From Auanema rhodensis (taxonomy: Eukaryota; Animalia; Nematoda): a DNA stretch of 64,000 bases. Below the pieces are notes generated by a model, which worked only from the letters and a program-made list of their open reading frames with translations, was not told the origin of the DNA and made no database searches. Location: NCBI GenBank assembly GCA_964057225.1, contig OZ059900.1:5890001-5954000 (forward strand). Direction: 5' to 3'. Position numbers and translations under genes: made by a program. Below are positions 50,064-64,000 of this stretch, one piece after another. The stretch's first letter is position 1, and each line of letters begins with the position of its first letter.

Positions 50064-53000
50064 TAAGTACTTACATACTGCTATGACATATAGGAAGAAA
50101 ACATTCTAAAATGGCATACTCACAGAAGTCAACGAGGATTCAATCCTAGTAAACGAACCAAAATGCTACGACTTAACCAAATTTACGGACAGCCACTCCG
50201 AGACTAACCTCATGCATTCAAAAAGCGTCGATTCAAAGACTAATGATGATCTTTTTATATGGATCAAAAAATTTAATTTCAAATTTGATAATGGTGAATA
50301 TTATTTTCCCGTTTGCCTCAAATAAAATATTTCAGCTAGAGATGTAGATCTCAAACATCGCAGCTTAATTAAATATTCATTAAAGCAAATTGATCATATA
50401 ATTCAAAGCAGTTTGAATAAAATAAAGAAAAATGAAAAATTTGAAATTAAAATAAGAAACTTGACAACTCAGATTTATTGTTCTTATAAAAGCTTAAACC
50501 ACACGAGTACAACGTTTTAGGCATAATATTATTTAAATTTTATTCAGCTTTATTCGTTTTGCATGATTTACATATGTCTTAGAGCAGTAACTACAATTAA
50601 TTCATTTTCCACGCAGATATTAGTTGAAGATTGGCAGCAAAAAAGCTTCAACAATAAAAAAAATCTTCTATGTAAGGGCAAATCGAAAAATGTTGTAAAG
50701 AAAATCGAAACTTATAACAGAAGAAAGGCTCATTCTCCTTTTCTCTTATTGAATTGGTTGCTGATGTAATTTGATCATGCCGAATGTCTTGAGTTGTAAG
50801 AGAAAAGGAGCACTTGCAGCTTAATCAACCGCAAAGTATTAAGCTTTCCAGAAATAGTAGAAATCGGAAAGAAACCTTCAAAAAATTAAAAGTAAAACTT
50901 AGTAGAAACGTGAAAAAATATAGTTTGCAGCTATCTAAATCTAGTACATAGTTCTCAAACCAATCTTTTCTATTATAGTAAAATGTAAATGTTTGTATTC
51001 GTATTAGCATGCATCCGTTTAAACTTTTGCTTAACCTAATGCAAAACAATGCCAAAGGTTATACGAATAGACATACACTTAGCAACGAATTGTAAATCGA
51101 AAATGCTGAGTAAGTGGCACATTCATCATTTGTTCTGAACCATGAGCCCAACGATTATTATTTCCTTCATATGCGTATTCTGTTTAGAATCACTAATGTA
51201 AAGCACAGAGCTTATATTTAAAAAGAACCTGGAGTTATTAAATAGTTATACATAATATTAATTATAAATATTACTAAACAAATAAAAATTTCGTATACTT
51301 CATGATAGTTTCGCAAATTATTACAAGTTTTATGTTTTATAGCTGAGCATGTAAAAGTAAGGTAGAAATCGTAAAATAAAAGATTTATATTTAATCTTTT
51401 CGCCAAAATTATAGTTTGAATCAGTTTTCGGCAAGGCCATGAGTTCCGAGTGTCATAAGGTTTTTCAAAAAAAGCTTATAAAAAGAGCATTTATTTATTG
51501 GAGTTCAGTCAATTTTAGACATATTTATTGCTGTCTTATTGGGGTATAATGCGATATAATAAGAACAAAAGTACTTTAACCATTCTATTAACATTAAGTA
51601 AAATAGAATGGCTAAAAGAGATATGAGTTTGGTTTAAACGAAAAAAAGTATGAAAAAAAAACTATACTATGATTGCTTGACTATGCTTTACATAAAAATT
51701 GAATCCAGGGAAAATGGAGAAAATAATTCAAAATTTAAATAAGTCACGAATGGTATTATTATGGATGTTCCATGCACATGATTTTTTAAGCATCTACAGC
51801 ATATAGCTAGATACGTACATCAAATATAATCGAAAATAGGCAAATGTGAAATAAGAGTTGCAAACATTATGAAAATAAAAAGAAAAAAGAATATGAAATC
51901 GAAGAAGAAATCTGAGAAGAAAGTGTCAGAAGGAAAAAGTCTATATATTAAGATATCTCAAATAACTTTTATTCAAATATATAGTATAGTATAAAGTAAG
52001 AATATAGTTGAAAATATTTTAAAATATAGCAAAAAAATAATGTTTACATTTTGTTATTTCAATATAATAAAAACTGGAAATAATACTAAAAACAATTGAA
52101 TTCATTCAAAAAAGGTTTGAATGGCATTCGATTCGCGCTCAATGTTGACCCATAATATAAGCTTTTTCACTTGCTTCAGAGTAAATATAAATACTAATAA
52201 AAAAAGTTGAAATAAAATCGTCTACTAATGAATATTTTTTTTAATTATTACAACATTTTTACCAAAAAAAGTTTTAATCTTTGTAACGAAATTATGTAAA
52301 AACACAAATACTTTATTAATAATTGCAAGCAGCGAGCGAGAAACAAATAAAACTGATTATATAAACAATATACAGCGCAATTTCTTATAAAAGAATAAAT
52401 CAGCATTGTAATGAAAAAAATTAAAATATTGCAATAAATAATTTTATTGCCAGGCCATGTATATAGCATAAAATCCTTTTCCAACCAAACGCAATATGAT
52501 GTAAGAAATTAGTGCTGTAATAGTATATTTCATAAAAGCATTTGCTCCAGTTCCAATGATATATACTCCACTACTCTGAAATTATTAGTTCTATTGTATT
52601 TAATCACATATTGTATAAACATAAATGGGAAAATGTATTAAAAAAGAACTTACATCGATGTCAGCTACATAGTATGAAACCATAAAGTAGTAAAGAGCAA
52701 AGCTAACAATAAAGTATTTTAATGGACTGTCTCCAATATCATCAATGTCAACCATATTTTTACCTTAAGCAACATGTTGATTTTAAATTCATATAAACAT
52801 CAGATTGAAAATATATTTAAAAGAAAATTATTATATTTATAAATAATATAAAGAATAATCCTATTTATAAATAGCATAGTTTATATATAGCACAGTTAGA
52901 CATTATAGTTATGCTCATGGATGCGTAATCAAACCAGAAGACCACCGAAACAGCAAAAAGATTGACAACTTCATTGTTCCGTCAAAAGTGCAAAAAGACA

Positions 53001-54298
53001 AAGGGATTTCAATTAGAGAAAGAGGCACGGTCCTCGATGGTTATAGACAGAATCATTTATATTCTTCAATTTTTTGAACAGTACTTGCTATTCAACAGCT
53101 GATCAGAATGACAGTTTCTGGGATTAAAGGACAATTATCTGAAAAACTGGAAAACGCTATTATATACAATGAAACTAAGAAATATTTTATATTTGCTTTA
53201 AAATAGAATTTTAAATTTTAAGAGTTTACAAAGTATACTTTACAGAGTTGAATAAGAGACACCTTGACGAAAAGATATATGAAAAAATAAGATGGCAAAA
53301 CGGTTGGATGAGCCGAGGATGCTACCAAGGTTGCCATGCATTTTGGGAAAGATCGTTTACGTAGCCATATATTTGAATTCACCTTATATCCTTGTAATTG
53401 TTCTGAAAAAGCCGTTCATAAGAATAGCCGAAATTTTTTGAATGGACAGTTATAATACGCTTCATATCTCATAAAACGCTCAAAATGATTTGAAAATGAA
53501 GTTATTTTTCTAATATTCATCGTAAGTCTTTTGAAATTAGTCCATGGTCTTTTCAGTATTTCTTAAGAAAAAATCACATTGAGCATGTAAGATATGGATT
53601 GCTATATTTCCATATTAGATGGATAGACGGCTAAACGCTGTTTATACCCATATTTCATATGCATACCTCAGATATACGTCTATTTCTTTTTTGCTTTTTT
53701 TGGTTCATCTGAATCACGTAAAAACAGGAATATTTAATTATTGAACAAGAGGATTGTTGTACTAATACAATTAAAAACATCATCTTATAGTAAAACATGA
53801 AGACAAATACAAATTGCAAACATTAAGTGTCAAAATACGGAAAGGCTAGTATATAAGATGTTATTATAAATAGTTTATAAATGAATAAAGAAATGAATAA
53901 GAACAATGATTGAGAAATACAAATATATATATACTATATACTATATATTTATAATTCAAAATCATTTGGAATATTAGAAATACTGTATTTTAGTACATTA
54001 CAATAAAATCAAATGTCACTGTGTTTTAATTTTAATATGAAAACTTGACCAGCCACAATGATGAGGTATATAGCATGATAAAATTGTTTCATTCACAGAA
54101 CTTTTCTGAAACTTTAATTGCATATATAATGAAAATTTGAGGAGAGTAATGAGAACAAGCATTGCAGGAAGTGGATGATACAGGATAATATGAACACTAT
54201 AAATCATATTAAAGCTACAAACGTTTGATAAACACATAGTCGTTTGACTGTTCACATTGGTCGATAATTGAAATTTGCTGATATAGATATTGTTCATT

Positions 54299-57080
54299 TC
54301 AAACCATTTGCTGTTGTGCTTGAGCAGCAGCTAAGGCACCGTATGTTTCAATAAGTAGTCGAGCTGCTGTAGCTGGAGGAAGAGCTGGCTGTAAGACGGG
54401 CATACCATTTGACCCTATACCACTGGTCACCACAGATTGCAATACATTATATGAACTGAAGATTTTGAGCATTAATGAATCGCGAGTTTGTGATTAAGTT
54501 TTATAACCAGAAAATTATTTACCTGCTACTTGTTGGCAATCGCTCACTCATGGTTGGAAAACGGTAATTTTGCAGTGATGTTGCTTCATCTTCTTGTACT
54601 TGTCGCTTGTACTTATTGCGACGATTTTGAAACCAAATTTTCACCTACAATACAGTGATTGCCATCATCATATATCTAGATAATTACCTGCGTTTCTGTC
54701 AGTTTCAATTGCTGAGCTAGTGTTGATCTCTCTTGACTACTGAGATATCGTTTCATTTCAAATGTCATTTCCAATTTGGAAACCTATAATCATTCGTATG
54801 CACTTTTTTCGTTCTATTCAGCAGGCTTTTTTTCATCCAAAATAAAAAAGTAAACTTATACTCACTTGAGGTCGACTGAATACGGTTCTTGTTTTCTTTT
54901 TGCGATTCGGGTTGTTTAAATCTAAAAATGAACCAAGTTGTTAACTATTATATAAGGTGTAGACAATTCTAAATTGCAAAATATTTCTAGTTTCGAGAAA
55001 ATTTCAAAACTTTCCCATTTCGAGCTTTCATAGTTTTAATTCATTTGAATAGAAAAAATAAAAACTCACTACCGTTATCCATTCTTTCTTCATCGTCTTC
55101 GTTATCAGAAGCAACCGGGCTGCTATCTAGTGAACTTCTTGAGTCTTTACTGTCATTGGGTAAATCGCTAGAAGATAGGCCATTCTCAGCTAGATTGTTC
55201 AATCCTGAAATACTCATATAACTAAATGGATTTTGAACCCCATTTAAACAATTCTCATATTCTGACTCAACTAATGGTAAGCTGCACATAAGTCAAATAG
55301 CTTGCTTTTCACTTTTCTTAATTATTTTTTGAAGCTTCATTGCATTCAAGAAAGCCTGCCTAATCTCTTGATTTCAATTTATTTCCGTTTATTTGTCATT
55401 ATAAGCACATCTATGTTGGATGTGACATTTGAATAAAATTTTGGTAATCCACTTTTTGTTGTGTCTGCCTAATCCGTCAAGTAACCTGTTAGCAAGAAAA
55501 TGAAGAACGGTTTATATAGCTTTTCTTCAATTTCCTTATTCAAATGAAAAAAACTATAAACAAATTAAACTCATTCATTCAACATATATAGACAAACGAT
55601 TATCTAGGCGAATATTTCAAGTTGAAATATTTTTGTATTATATTTCTTGATAATTTGTTTTTTGATAATAATTTTTATGAATATCTTCAAAAACATAAAA
55701 TATCACAATTTAATAAACATTATGAAACACTGAGTTTTCTTTGTTCATATGCCGAAAAGAGTAGCCTAAACACAGCATGACATAATGAGTTCGAAGCGAC
55801 ACATCAAGACAATAGATTGCATTGCCTGAGAGACATTGGTTCAGTGCTTATACTTATTAGCCGACTCATTAGGCTAATAATCCAATTAACCTATCGTTTT
55901 TGTTTTCGGAATGAGAATAGTCGGTGTACATAACAGACTAAATAGGAACAAAGTCTTGGCAGATAACATCTTTCGTTTGTGCTAAACGAAAATGACAAAA
56001 GCAATGACGTTGAGTTTTGGCAACACTTGGATTATGCTATAAGAATCGGCAGTTTTCTAGTTCATTACATTGTTTTCAAAATAAATGAAATAATAAAATA
56101 ACAATACTATACGTATATACTTGTTTTTAATGATTATGCGAAATGCAATAGCATGAAAAAAAGACCGATAAACCGTAATGATGCTCATTTATATGTCAAA
56201 AATGGCTATATATATGGTGTTATATGAAGAAAATATGTATTTTGAACTGTCAATAATGAAAGCAAAAAAAATCTTTTTTCTACGACCAGTAATATGAGAT
56301 TGGCGGTAACATGAAAGATTACAGAACTCATTAAGGATTGAAAATTGATTCTCTTTCTCACTCATCGTTTTGAGTGCTTGAATGAATGAGCGGAGAAATC
56401 TTTTCACATTGACAATTTTCATTGTCTTATACAGAGGATGCACCAAACTGCATAAGCAAGTGCGTATTCTCATGGAATCAAAAAACAGTAATGTGAACTA
56501 CCATTCCCTTCATTTTTATGTTTTTCTTTTTCAAAGTAATGATTTGAAATTGATCGTAATTGAATTACCTTTAGCCATAGTGGCCGCTTGATCCTTTATA
56601 TTGAAAAAGTTAATCCATGGTAGAAAAGGTAAGGAAGCTTGTGGAAGACGAGATCCTGGCATTGAGGAAATTGGACTGCTTGGTGTGCCAGCATTAAGTG
56701 AGTTGATTGTAGATGCAGCAACAGCTGATGCAGTGAGAGTACTATCCCCATTGGGAAAATTAGATGATGGCAGCATGAACTGCTGAAATATACTAGCTAA
56801 TGCTGGCTGAGCATTGAGTGTCAAGAGGTCAGAGTCTTTTGGCAACAAGCTCAGGAGGGCAGCCGTGTCATCTTCAGCTAAAGTTGGGCTGCGACTCATT
56901 GATCTGAAGGCAGGAGAATTTAGAATATTTTAGCTATTGAAATAAGTAAATGCTCTCAGCTAAATAGAAAATATCCACGCACCCTTGAGAATTTTTATCC
57001 AAAATGTCCATGATACTAAATTTACCGCGTGAGTTGGCCAAGTCTTGTTCAACGTCAGAACGCTGAGGGGATTCAGTCAT
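54299..57080 (-). CDS. mls-2: HMX/NK5-class homeodomain transcription factor, 7 exons
   Basis: Homeodomain split over three exons: RKKKTRTVFSRPQ|VSKLEMTFEMKRYLSSQERSTLAQQLKLTETQ|VKIWFQNRRNKYKRQ, typical of HMX. An eh1 motif FSIMDIL is in exon 1. Intron phases are consistent through to TGA at 54299. Confidence 0.93.
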
Positions 57081-57384
57081 ATCGTTACAAAACTAGAAAT
57101 ATTCATGAATTTGATGATTGAAAACGTTTAGAAAAAAGATAGCAAATGCATTGGAATTAAAGAAAGAAATATGAGTTGTTATTCTCAAAACGGCTTCAAT
57201 ACAGTTTTTATTCGTGCAAAAGTTAATTTGATACCAAAGAATACGTGAGTTAGTTAGATAGATTCAAATTTGCATAACTATATAACTCTAGCTAATGCGG
57301 AGTTATTTTTTGTAATAATTGAAGCGTTTTAATATACTAAATTGTTAATCTTTCAATGAATTAATGAAAAAAAAAATATAATAG

Positions 57385-57484
57385 ATGAATCTAATAATCT
57401 TATTGATCCTATTACTATTGCTATCACTAATAATGATAATAATAATAATTATTATTATTATTATGATTATAATAATGATATCAA

Positions 57485-57526
<42 letters not shown>

Positions 57527-57560
57527 AACGAATAATAATAATAATTATTATTATACTAAC
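57385..57560. repeat. Compound trinucleotide microsatellite (AAT/ATT/TAC)n upstream of mls-2
   Basis: Visible (TAA)/(TTA) runs and a pure (CTA)n tract at ~57485-57525; this explains the poly-I/L ORF 57385..57591. Confidence 0.9.
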
Positions 57561-60500
57561 AGTAAATACTGAGAAGATAGTATTCGAATAAATTAATTAA
57601 AATGAATAAAAGTTATTATACTACAATAACTTATAAATACTACAAAAAGTTAAATAGATGTTCTGATCTGTGTTGAAATATCATTTAAATAAGAGAAAAT
57701 GATTCAGTAAATGATACGATATGAAGATACAGTATGATTGGAATGAGGAATAACTAGTGATTATATAGTTAAGCCTTAAATAATAAAACTGAAAACATAG
57801 AAAAGCAGATGAAATATAAATTGTATTGCTGTATACAGAGACAAACATTTGAAAGTAACTTAAAGTTATATGCATTCTACTGCTCAGAAGTAATGAAAAA
57901 GCAGAATAAAAAACCTAGGATTGATGAAATATGAGTATGTAAGCTCCGCCCACATCTCTTTCTCTCACATCCTTCTCGTCTCTTTCATAGCATGATGGGA
58001 CAGCTGTCTATGTGTTTGTCGCCTTATATGAGGATTAGATACCGTAATCATTCCTGTGAGTAGCTCACTAGTGTTATGCTTACTTTCAGCTTTTAATGAA
58101 GTGTATATAAGTAACGGATAAAGTTAAAAATTAATTGTTTACAATTTCAATGATACTTATACTATATATAACTATATATACATATAGTTAACACGAATAA
58201 AACATGAATTATCAAGTAATAAAGAGATTACAATGAAAATGCAGGATATGAAGCATTAAGAATAATATGAAAATGTTGTGAAAAAAATTAAAATTAATTT
58301 TGAAAAATTAGAACAAACAATTATTTTTGGGTTTGCTTAAACAGCTGATAAATAGAAAATCCTTTAAACAAAATGAAGAAAAGTGAAGGATAAACGAGAA
58401 AGAATAATTGTCGAATTTGGGTTCCAAGCAATTTGTCAAGTTTTGTTCATCTATTTCTCAAATTATCTCTCTCATCCTCTTTCTCACTACATTCTAATCT
58501 TCATTCTTTACGTTTTTCCATTTGTCTCCATGATGTCTATGCTGGGCTAAGGCAGTCATCAGTGCGATAATTCGCATCAAAGTTACTATCCACACCCACT
58601 AAGTGTTAATTGAGTGTTAGAATTAAAAAGAACTTCACTATATTTTGACATATAGCTAGAAGGGGAAAAAAAGGAAAACTTTCTATCTAGGTTATTCGAA
58701 TGATTAACGCCTTTTATATAATTTTATTTCCTCACTTTCTCTCTGTCTCTTCTTTCACCGTTCTATTTGTCTCTGGTGCTCTAAAAGTTTTCAATTTCTA
58801 TTCTCGAAACCTTTCCCAAGCTTTTTTTGTAAATGACAATATGAAAAAAAGATGAAAGAATAGAACAATGTGTGAGATTAAGCAATACTTATCTCTAATT
58901 ACTCAAGTACAGAGAGTTGTCCCGAGCTATTCACAAGTCACATAGGTAGAGTACAAAACATAATTAGGGGTCACCGTTTATCTCATTATAACTATACAAC
59001 AACAAACTGCGTGCAGTCCATTCTTTTTATGTCGGAATGGTTTTTATATAAAATAGTAAAACAAGAGAAATGTAAAACCATACGTTACAACTCTGAATAA
59101 GACAATGTGTCTACTATATAGTACTATAATATTAGTAGAATAGTTAATTACATTAAATTTATTATATTCCAAGCCGAGAGACAGATTCATATAGTAATTT
59201 TCTGAATGAAAGACGAGATTAATTAGATATAGAATCTAAGGATATGTGTTAAAAGGTGAAACATATAATTATGCGAAGATGCTCATCAGGTCTATACGGA
59301 CTGATTCATATGGAGTGAAGTGACAGATGGAATAATACTCATACCATTAACTAATTATAAACATATTGTCTAATTGCGCTAAGAACGTGCGTATCATCTG
59401 AGCATTTTTTTCATATACTCTGTTGATGTATGAGGAAGGAAAGATACACAGGGCATCTTAATCCAATACACTTTTATTTGAAAATGTGTAGAAATTACAT
59501 AAACAATATAGTTACGATAGTTAAAGTAAAATAAAAAAATGTGACGAATTTCTAACATTCTGTGTTAACAGATAACTGCAAGAGTTACAGATGTGATGAG
59601 TGGTCAGGTTTTAGTTCTTTACAAAGAACTGTTTTCATAATGGCGTCAGTCATTTAGACATTAGACGATGCGTCGTATGTCTAACTGTTAAAATGCGTCT
59701 TAATCTGATGCTCTGATTGTCTCGAGACATCAATTCGAAAAGAACATGATGATTATTCTCTTAGTCACTACTTTTTCGTTTTTTTTTCTGTGCTAACGGA
59801 ATACAGGAGAGCAAAAGGGCTAATTGACTTGCGTCAAAATTGGAAAACAACTTTCAATGAACATCAAAAAAGACGATGTGAGAGAGAAAAAGTGAAGTAG
59901 AGATAGCATGAAGAAATGAGAAGAATGAGAAGTAATATAAACAAGATATAGTCTACACACTAACTATTTCTTTTTTTTTCTTTGGACATCATATAATTAA
60001 TAAAAGTTGGTGTGAAAACAAGATGAGAATAGTCGAAAAAGCAAATTTGATTAAAAAAATTGTCATCGTGTATACAACAATGTCTGACACGGTTATATGT
60101 ATATTTCAAATAATTAAATATATATACTTATTTTGCTTGAAATAACTAAAATCTCATATATTATCCATTATTCCGCTTTCAGTTTCATTTGAGTCTTATA
60201 TAGCTGTTGAGATGAAAAGAATATATCTATCGTATACGATGATCTTGTTTGGATTTTTAAAAGAAGATGTGTCAAAATAGCTTTACACTAATTACTGTAG
60301 AATTGTGAACATTATTATTCCAAGTCTTTGTTCATCTTAGCCTTTTCATTCGCAATCTCATTTTTGTTGTTTAGGGACTTGGTATACCTATCATATTGTC
60401 TAAGATATACGAGTAAGTATGATAGATTAATTCAGAGAATTTTGTTATTTTTTTTTGCTGAAAAAAATTGTTGAAAGAGAATCAAGATATTAAATAATAG

Positions 60501-62454
60501 TAAAAGAAGATTAACATAGGGTCAGATGTTACTGAGATAATGAAAAAGGGGGGATTTTAAGAATATGATGTAAATGTACACGAGTTAAATGACGAAGTAA
60601 TATAAGAAGAAAAAAGAAAACGGATAAGAAGAAAAGAGATATGAAATGTGAGTATGAAATATCTTATTCGACAATTCAAACTAAATGAAGTTGAAAGGAT
60701 ATGAAAGATGAAACAGATATAAAACCATATGTTCTTCTAGATAGCAAAGTAAAAAATATATTTAGTTTATATGATGATTAGAATGGAAAGTTTGAAGAAA
60801 ATATGGGCAATAAATTAAAATTCACAAAAATCTACAGACAGCAACATGTGTGAAACTTATAATCTCATGGATTGATTGGGTCAAAGATGAACATTCAAAA
60901 TGAAATATTGAACTAATGAAATGAAGAAAATATGATGAAAGATTTCAAAAATGAAAAACAGAATAATACGAAAATGCAAGCAATAAGCAAATGAGATTAG
61001 ATCATGTTCTTCTCCAGCTTTACAATGATATTATTTCATGTTATATAGTAATATTAGTTATTTTTCATGATGATTTTAATATTCGCAACATTATATTATT
61101 GTATAAAAGAAAATCAAATTCAATGAAATGCATTACATGAATAGATATAATATTAAATAATTTAAAAGATGCCTATTATTCTATAAACTTTATATTCTTC
61201 TTATTCAGTTATATAATTTTATATATAAATTAAAAAGACTCAGATTAAAACGTTTATATCTTGAAAAATCTCCTATATCTCATCAAATCGTCTTAATAAT
61301 ATTCTGAACTTTTTGCATATGTATGAAGAATGTTCAAATGAATCTTAGTTTTATCATATTTCTTTAATTAGAAGATTAAACTGTGCATTACTTCACTAAA
61401 CTTTAATAAAACCATGTAAATCTTGTCTTGGATGAGAGAAATAAAAATAGCTGTCAAACGATTTCAATTTGAAACATGAACTGGCTGTCTGTAAATTAGT
61501 GTGGAAAAAAAATGTTTTGCAAACATACATAAAGAGAAGATTTTGTAATTGATGATTGAAAGGAAAATGATGACGATGACCGCCGAACATATGTGGTTCC
61601 CAACGACATATATTATCTGCTATGCTTTAGATAGCTTTCAATACTATTGTTCGTGTTAGTCAAGTAATTTCTTAATGGATATTGCAACATATATATATAC
61701 ATATATGCATAGAAAAAGCGAAAATCTTTTAAAACTATAAGAATTGTCAATTTCAATAGATTATATGTAATGAAGTCACATAACTGAAAATTGCATCTAT
61801 AAAGCATATGGATAGAAAAAATTTGTTTTGTGATCAAAGCGAATGATATGCATAGTGACAAGAAAAAGGGAGTGAATGTTACAAGCAAATAAATTGGTTG
61901 AAAAGTAATGTGAAATGAATATTGAAATACTAGATGAAGAAATATTCCGTTTTACAATCATTATGAAGATAATCCAAGCGTGATTGAAGTCAATGGAATG
62001 AAAAAATTATATACAAATTTTTTTATCATTCTGTTAGGTATTTGAGTTATATAAATGAAAATAATGGAAAAAAATGTTTTATTCTTCAATAATACTCAAG
62101 TTATAAAGTTTATAGTATAACATAGAGTTAGTTCTAAAATGATATATGAATAGAGAAAAGAAATGGACTTACACAGCTGATGTGATAGGGATTATGTAAT
62201 CTTTAGCATTGAAATTGTTGAGAAGAACACAAATTTCGTGTATCATCTTATCAAATTGCATATGAAATAGAATATGTAATGAAGCTTGATAGAGGTAATA
62301 ATCGAATAATAATAATAACATCTGCAAGTGTTATCATTTTGTTTCATACAATTGTATTAGTTAAAATAAGAATGGGGGGATAACAATACAACATGTATAG
62401 CATTTTCATCAATAAATAGTGAATAAATAGTTTTCGTTTTTATAAATATGCATA

Positions 62455-62494
62455 TGTGTGTGTATGTGTGTGCATGTGTGTGTGTGTGTGTGTG
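62455..62494. repeat. (TG)n microsatellite, imperfect
   Basis: Visible TG dinucleotide run with two interruptions. Confidence 0.85.
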
Positions 62495-64000
62495 TTAGTG
62501 CGTCGAATGAGGAATAAGAGCTTTAATACAATTTTCTTTCAATTATAACACATAAATGAGCTTGAAATGATTGTCGAATGTTTCGTCTTTCTATCAATGT
62601 CCATCACATCATAAATATTATATAGATATATAGATATTTATATATACTATATGTATATATACATATGCATATATACAGATATAGCCATGTGCATTTATAT
62701 AATTATATATAGAAAATGTTAATTATGTAAGTAAACACAATAAATAACTTTGTATAATTCCAAGAAATTTATATAACATTTTCGAAAAAAAAAATGTTTC
62801 TTGCTATACGTGTGAGCAAAATAATGTTGCATTATCTTTCACTTGAAAAGCGATTCTCCGAAGAAATCTTATAATCATGATTATTTTTTGAACACGAAAA
62901 TAATATTAATCAGTAGAAACTAAGGAGCACAAGTAAATATAAATGATTTCAAAAACTATAAATTATTATTTTATATTTTAAACTTCTGAATTACTAATAG
63001 TAATCTGTATCTGAATAAACGAATCAGCATTCTGATTACATGTTTATATTATTTTGAATAATAATTATAAGAATAACTCTATAACATTCTACTAACTCTT
63101 TGTTATTAAAATAATACAAATATAGTTTTCTCAATTTTATATTAAATGATTATAATATGAGTCATCTTATGTTTTTTTATAAATTATTTTCAGATTTTTC
63201 TATGTTGAACCATTGTTGTTTTTTTTTGTTGTTTACACGTGTCTACGTATATGTCTATCTCATCTATTTATTGGCATACTTGTAGTTTGTATTAGCCCCT
63301 CGTCTATCATGAAAATAAAATTTGCTAAACTTCTAACAGGTCGGCCCGCCAAATTACAAACCGTCCTAGCATTTTCTTGACCTTTCTATCCCTTCTCTGT
63401 TTCATTTTTATGAACTATCTTCTTATACCTGCTCTGTTTTCCGTTTGATCTCATCAGACTTACACTATCTCATTGTCTACATGACCCCATGCAATTGCAA
63501 CAACTCATCCGATTGATTTCCGTTAACCGTTCGGCATTACACCCACCCTGTCTTATAGTCAGGATAAGTTTGACCTCTAAAAAGGACATTGCCGTCTTCT
63601 TTTCAATTAGATTTATCGAATCTCAAGTTTCGAAATAATATATGTCTTTTATGCCTATCGCAGAGAAAATGACCTCTATGTCACAGCAAATGGACACAAT
63701 AATTAAGCCCCACTAGCCTAGTTCCTTAAGACAAATGAGAATATATGAACAATACATACACACCTACAAATAAATATATTGTTATATTAGCATTAAAAAA
63801 ACAAATTAGTTTATTTTCAGTTGAAATTTAAAAAAAAAAAATATTTCTGATGCTTCAGTTTAAAATTTTCTTTTGTACAAACTTTTATTATTATGTGAGC
63901 ATATATCATCATAAACTGTTTTGTAGTTGTAAGTCCCTCTATGAATACACATCTTCATTATAATTTTCAATATGAGACAAGATATTTTCCTCTTGTCTAG

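Noticed and set aside
57077-57106. uORF overlapping the mls-2 start (ATGA)
   Set aside because: Its ATG lies upstream of the likely trans-splice acceptor (TTTCTAG), so it would be removed with the outron.
57385-57591. Poly-Ile/Leu ORF resembling a membrane peptide
   Set aside because: Translation artefact of the trinucleotide microsatellite.
1-64000. tRNA, rRNA, snRNA, CRISPR arrays, telomeric (TTAGGC)n arrays, intact transposases
   Set aside because: None were recognised by eye; a covariance-model search (Infernal/tRNAscan-SE) would be needed to exclude small ncRNAs.

Overview
This is AT-rich eukaryotic DNA with many short (~40-55 nt) GT-AG introns and apparent trans-splice acceptors just before start codons. 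Gene content points to a rhabditid nematode, and most of the supplied unspliced ORFs are spurious. Manual splicing gives ten gene models. In order: (1) the 5' part of an eh1-motif transcription-factor-like gene running off the left edge; (2) an F-box protein; (3) a transthyretin-like (TTR) secreted protein; (4) a Ly-6/uPAR-type GPI-anchored protein; (5) a divergent SIRT7-class sirtuin with a long tail rich in SUMO motifs; (6) a TIA-1/TIAR RNA-binding protein (tiar-3-like); (7) ILRUN/C6orf106; (8) two myosin regulatory light chain genes (mlc-1/mlc-2-like) forming a ~1.2 kb near-perfect inverted duplication; (9) synaptogyrin sng-1; (10) the HMX homeobox gene mls-2 in long non-coding flanks. The most notable items are the SIRT7 orthologue (a class C. 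elegans lacks) with substituted active-site-proximal residues, and the mlc palindrome, whose copies diverge at the poly(A) signal. A pre-miRNA-like hairpin and uORF/hairpin features in predicted 5' leaders are also reported. Family assignments come from recalled motifs and manual translation, not database searches.
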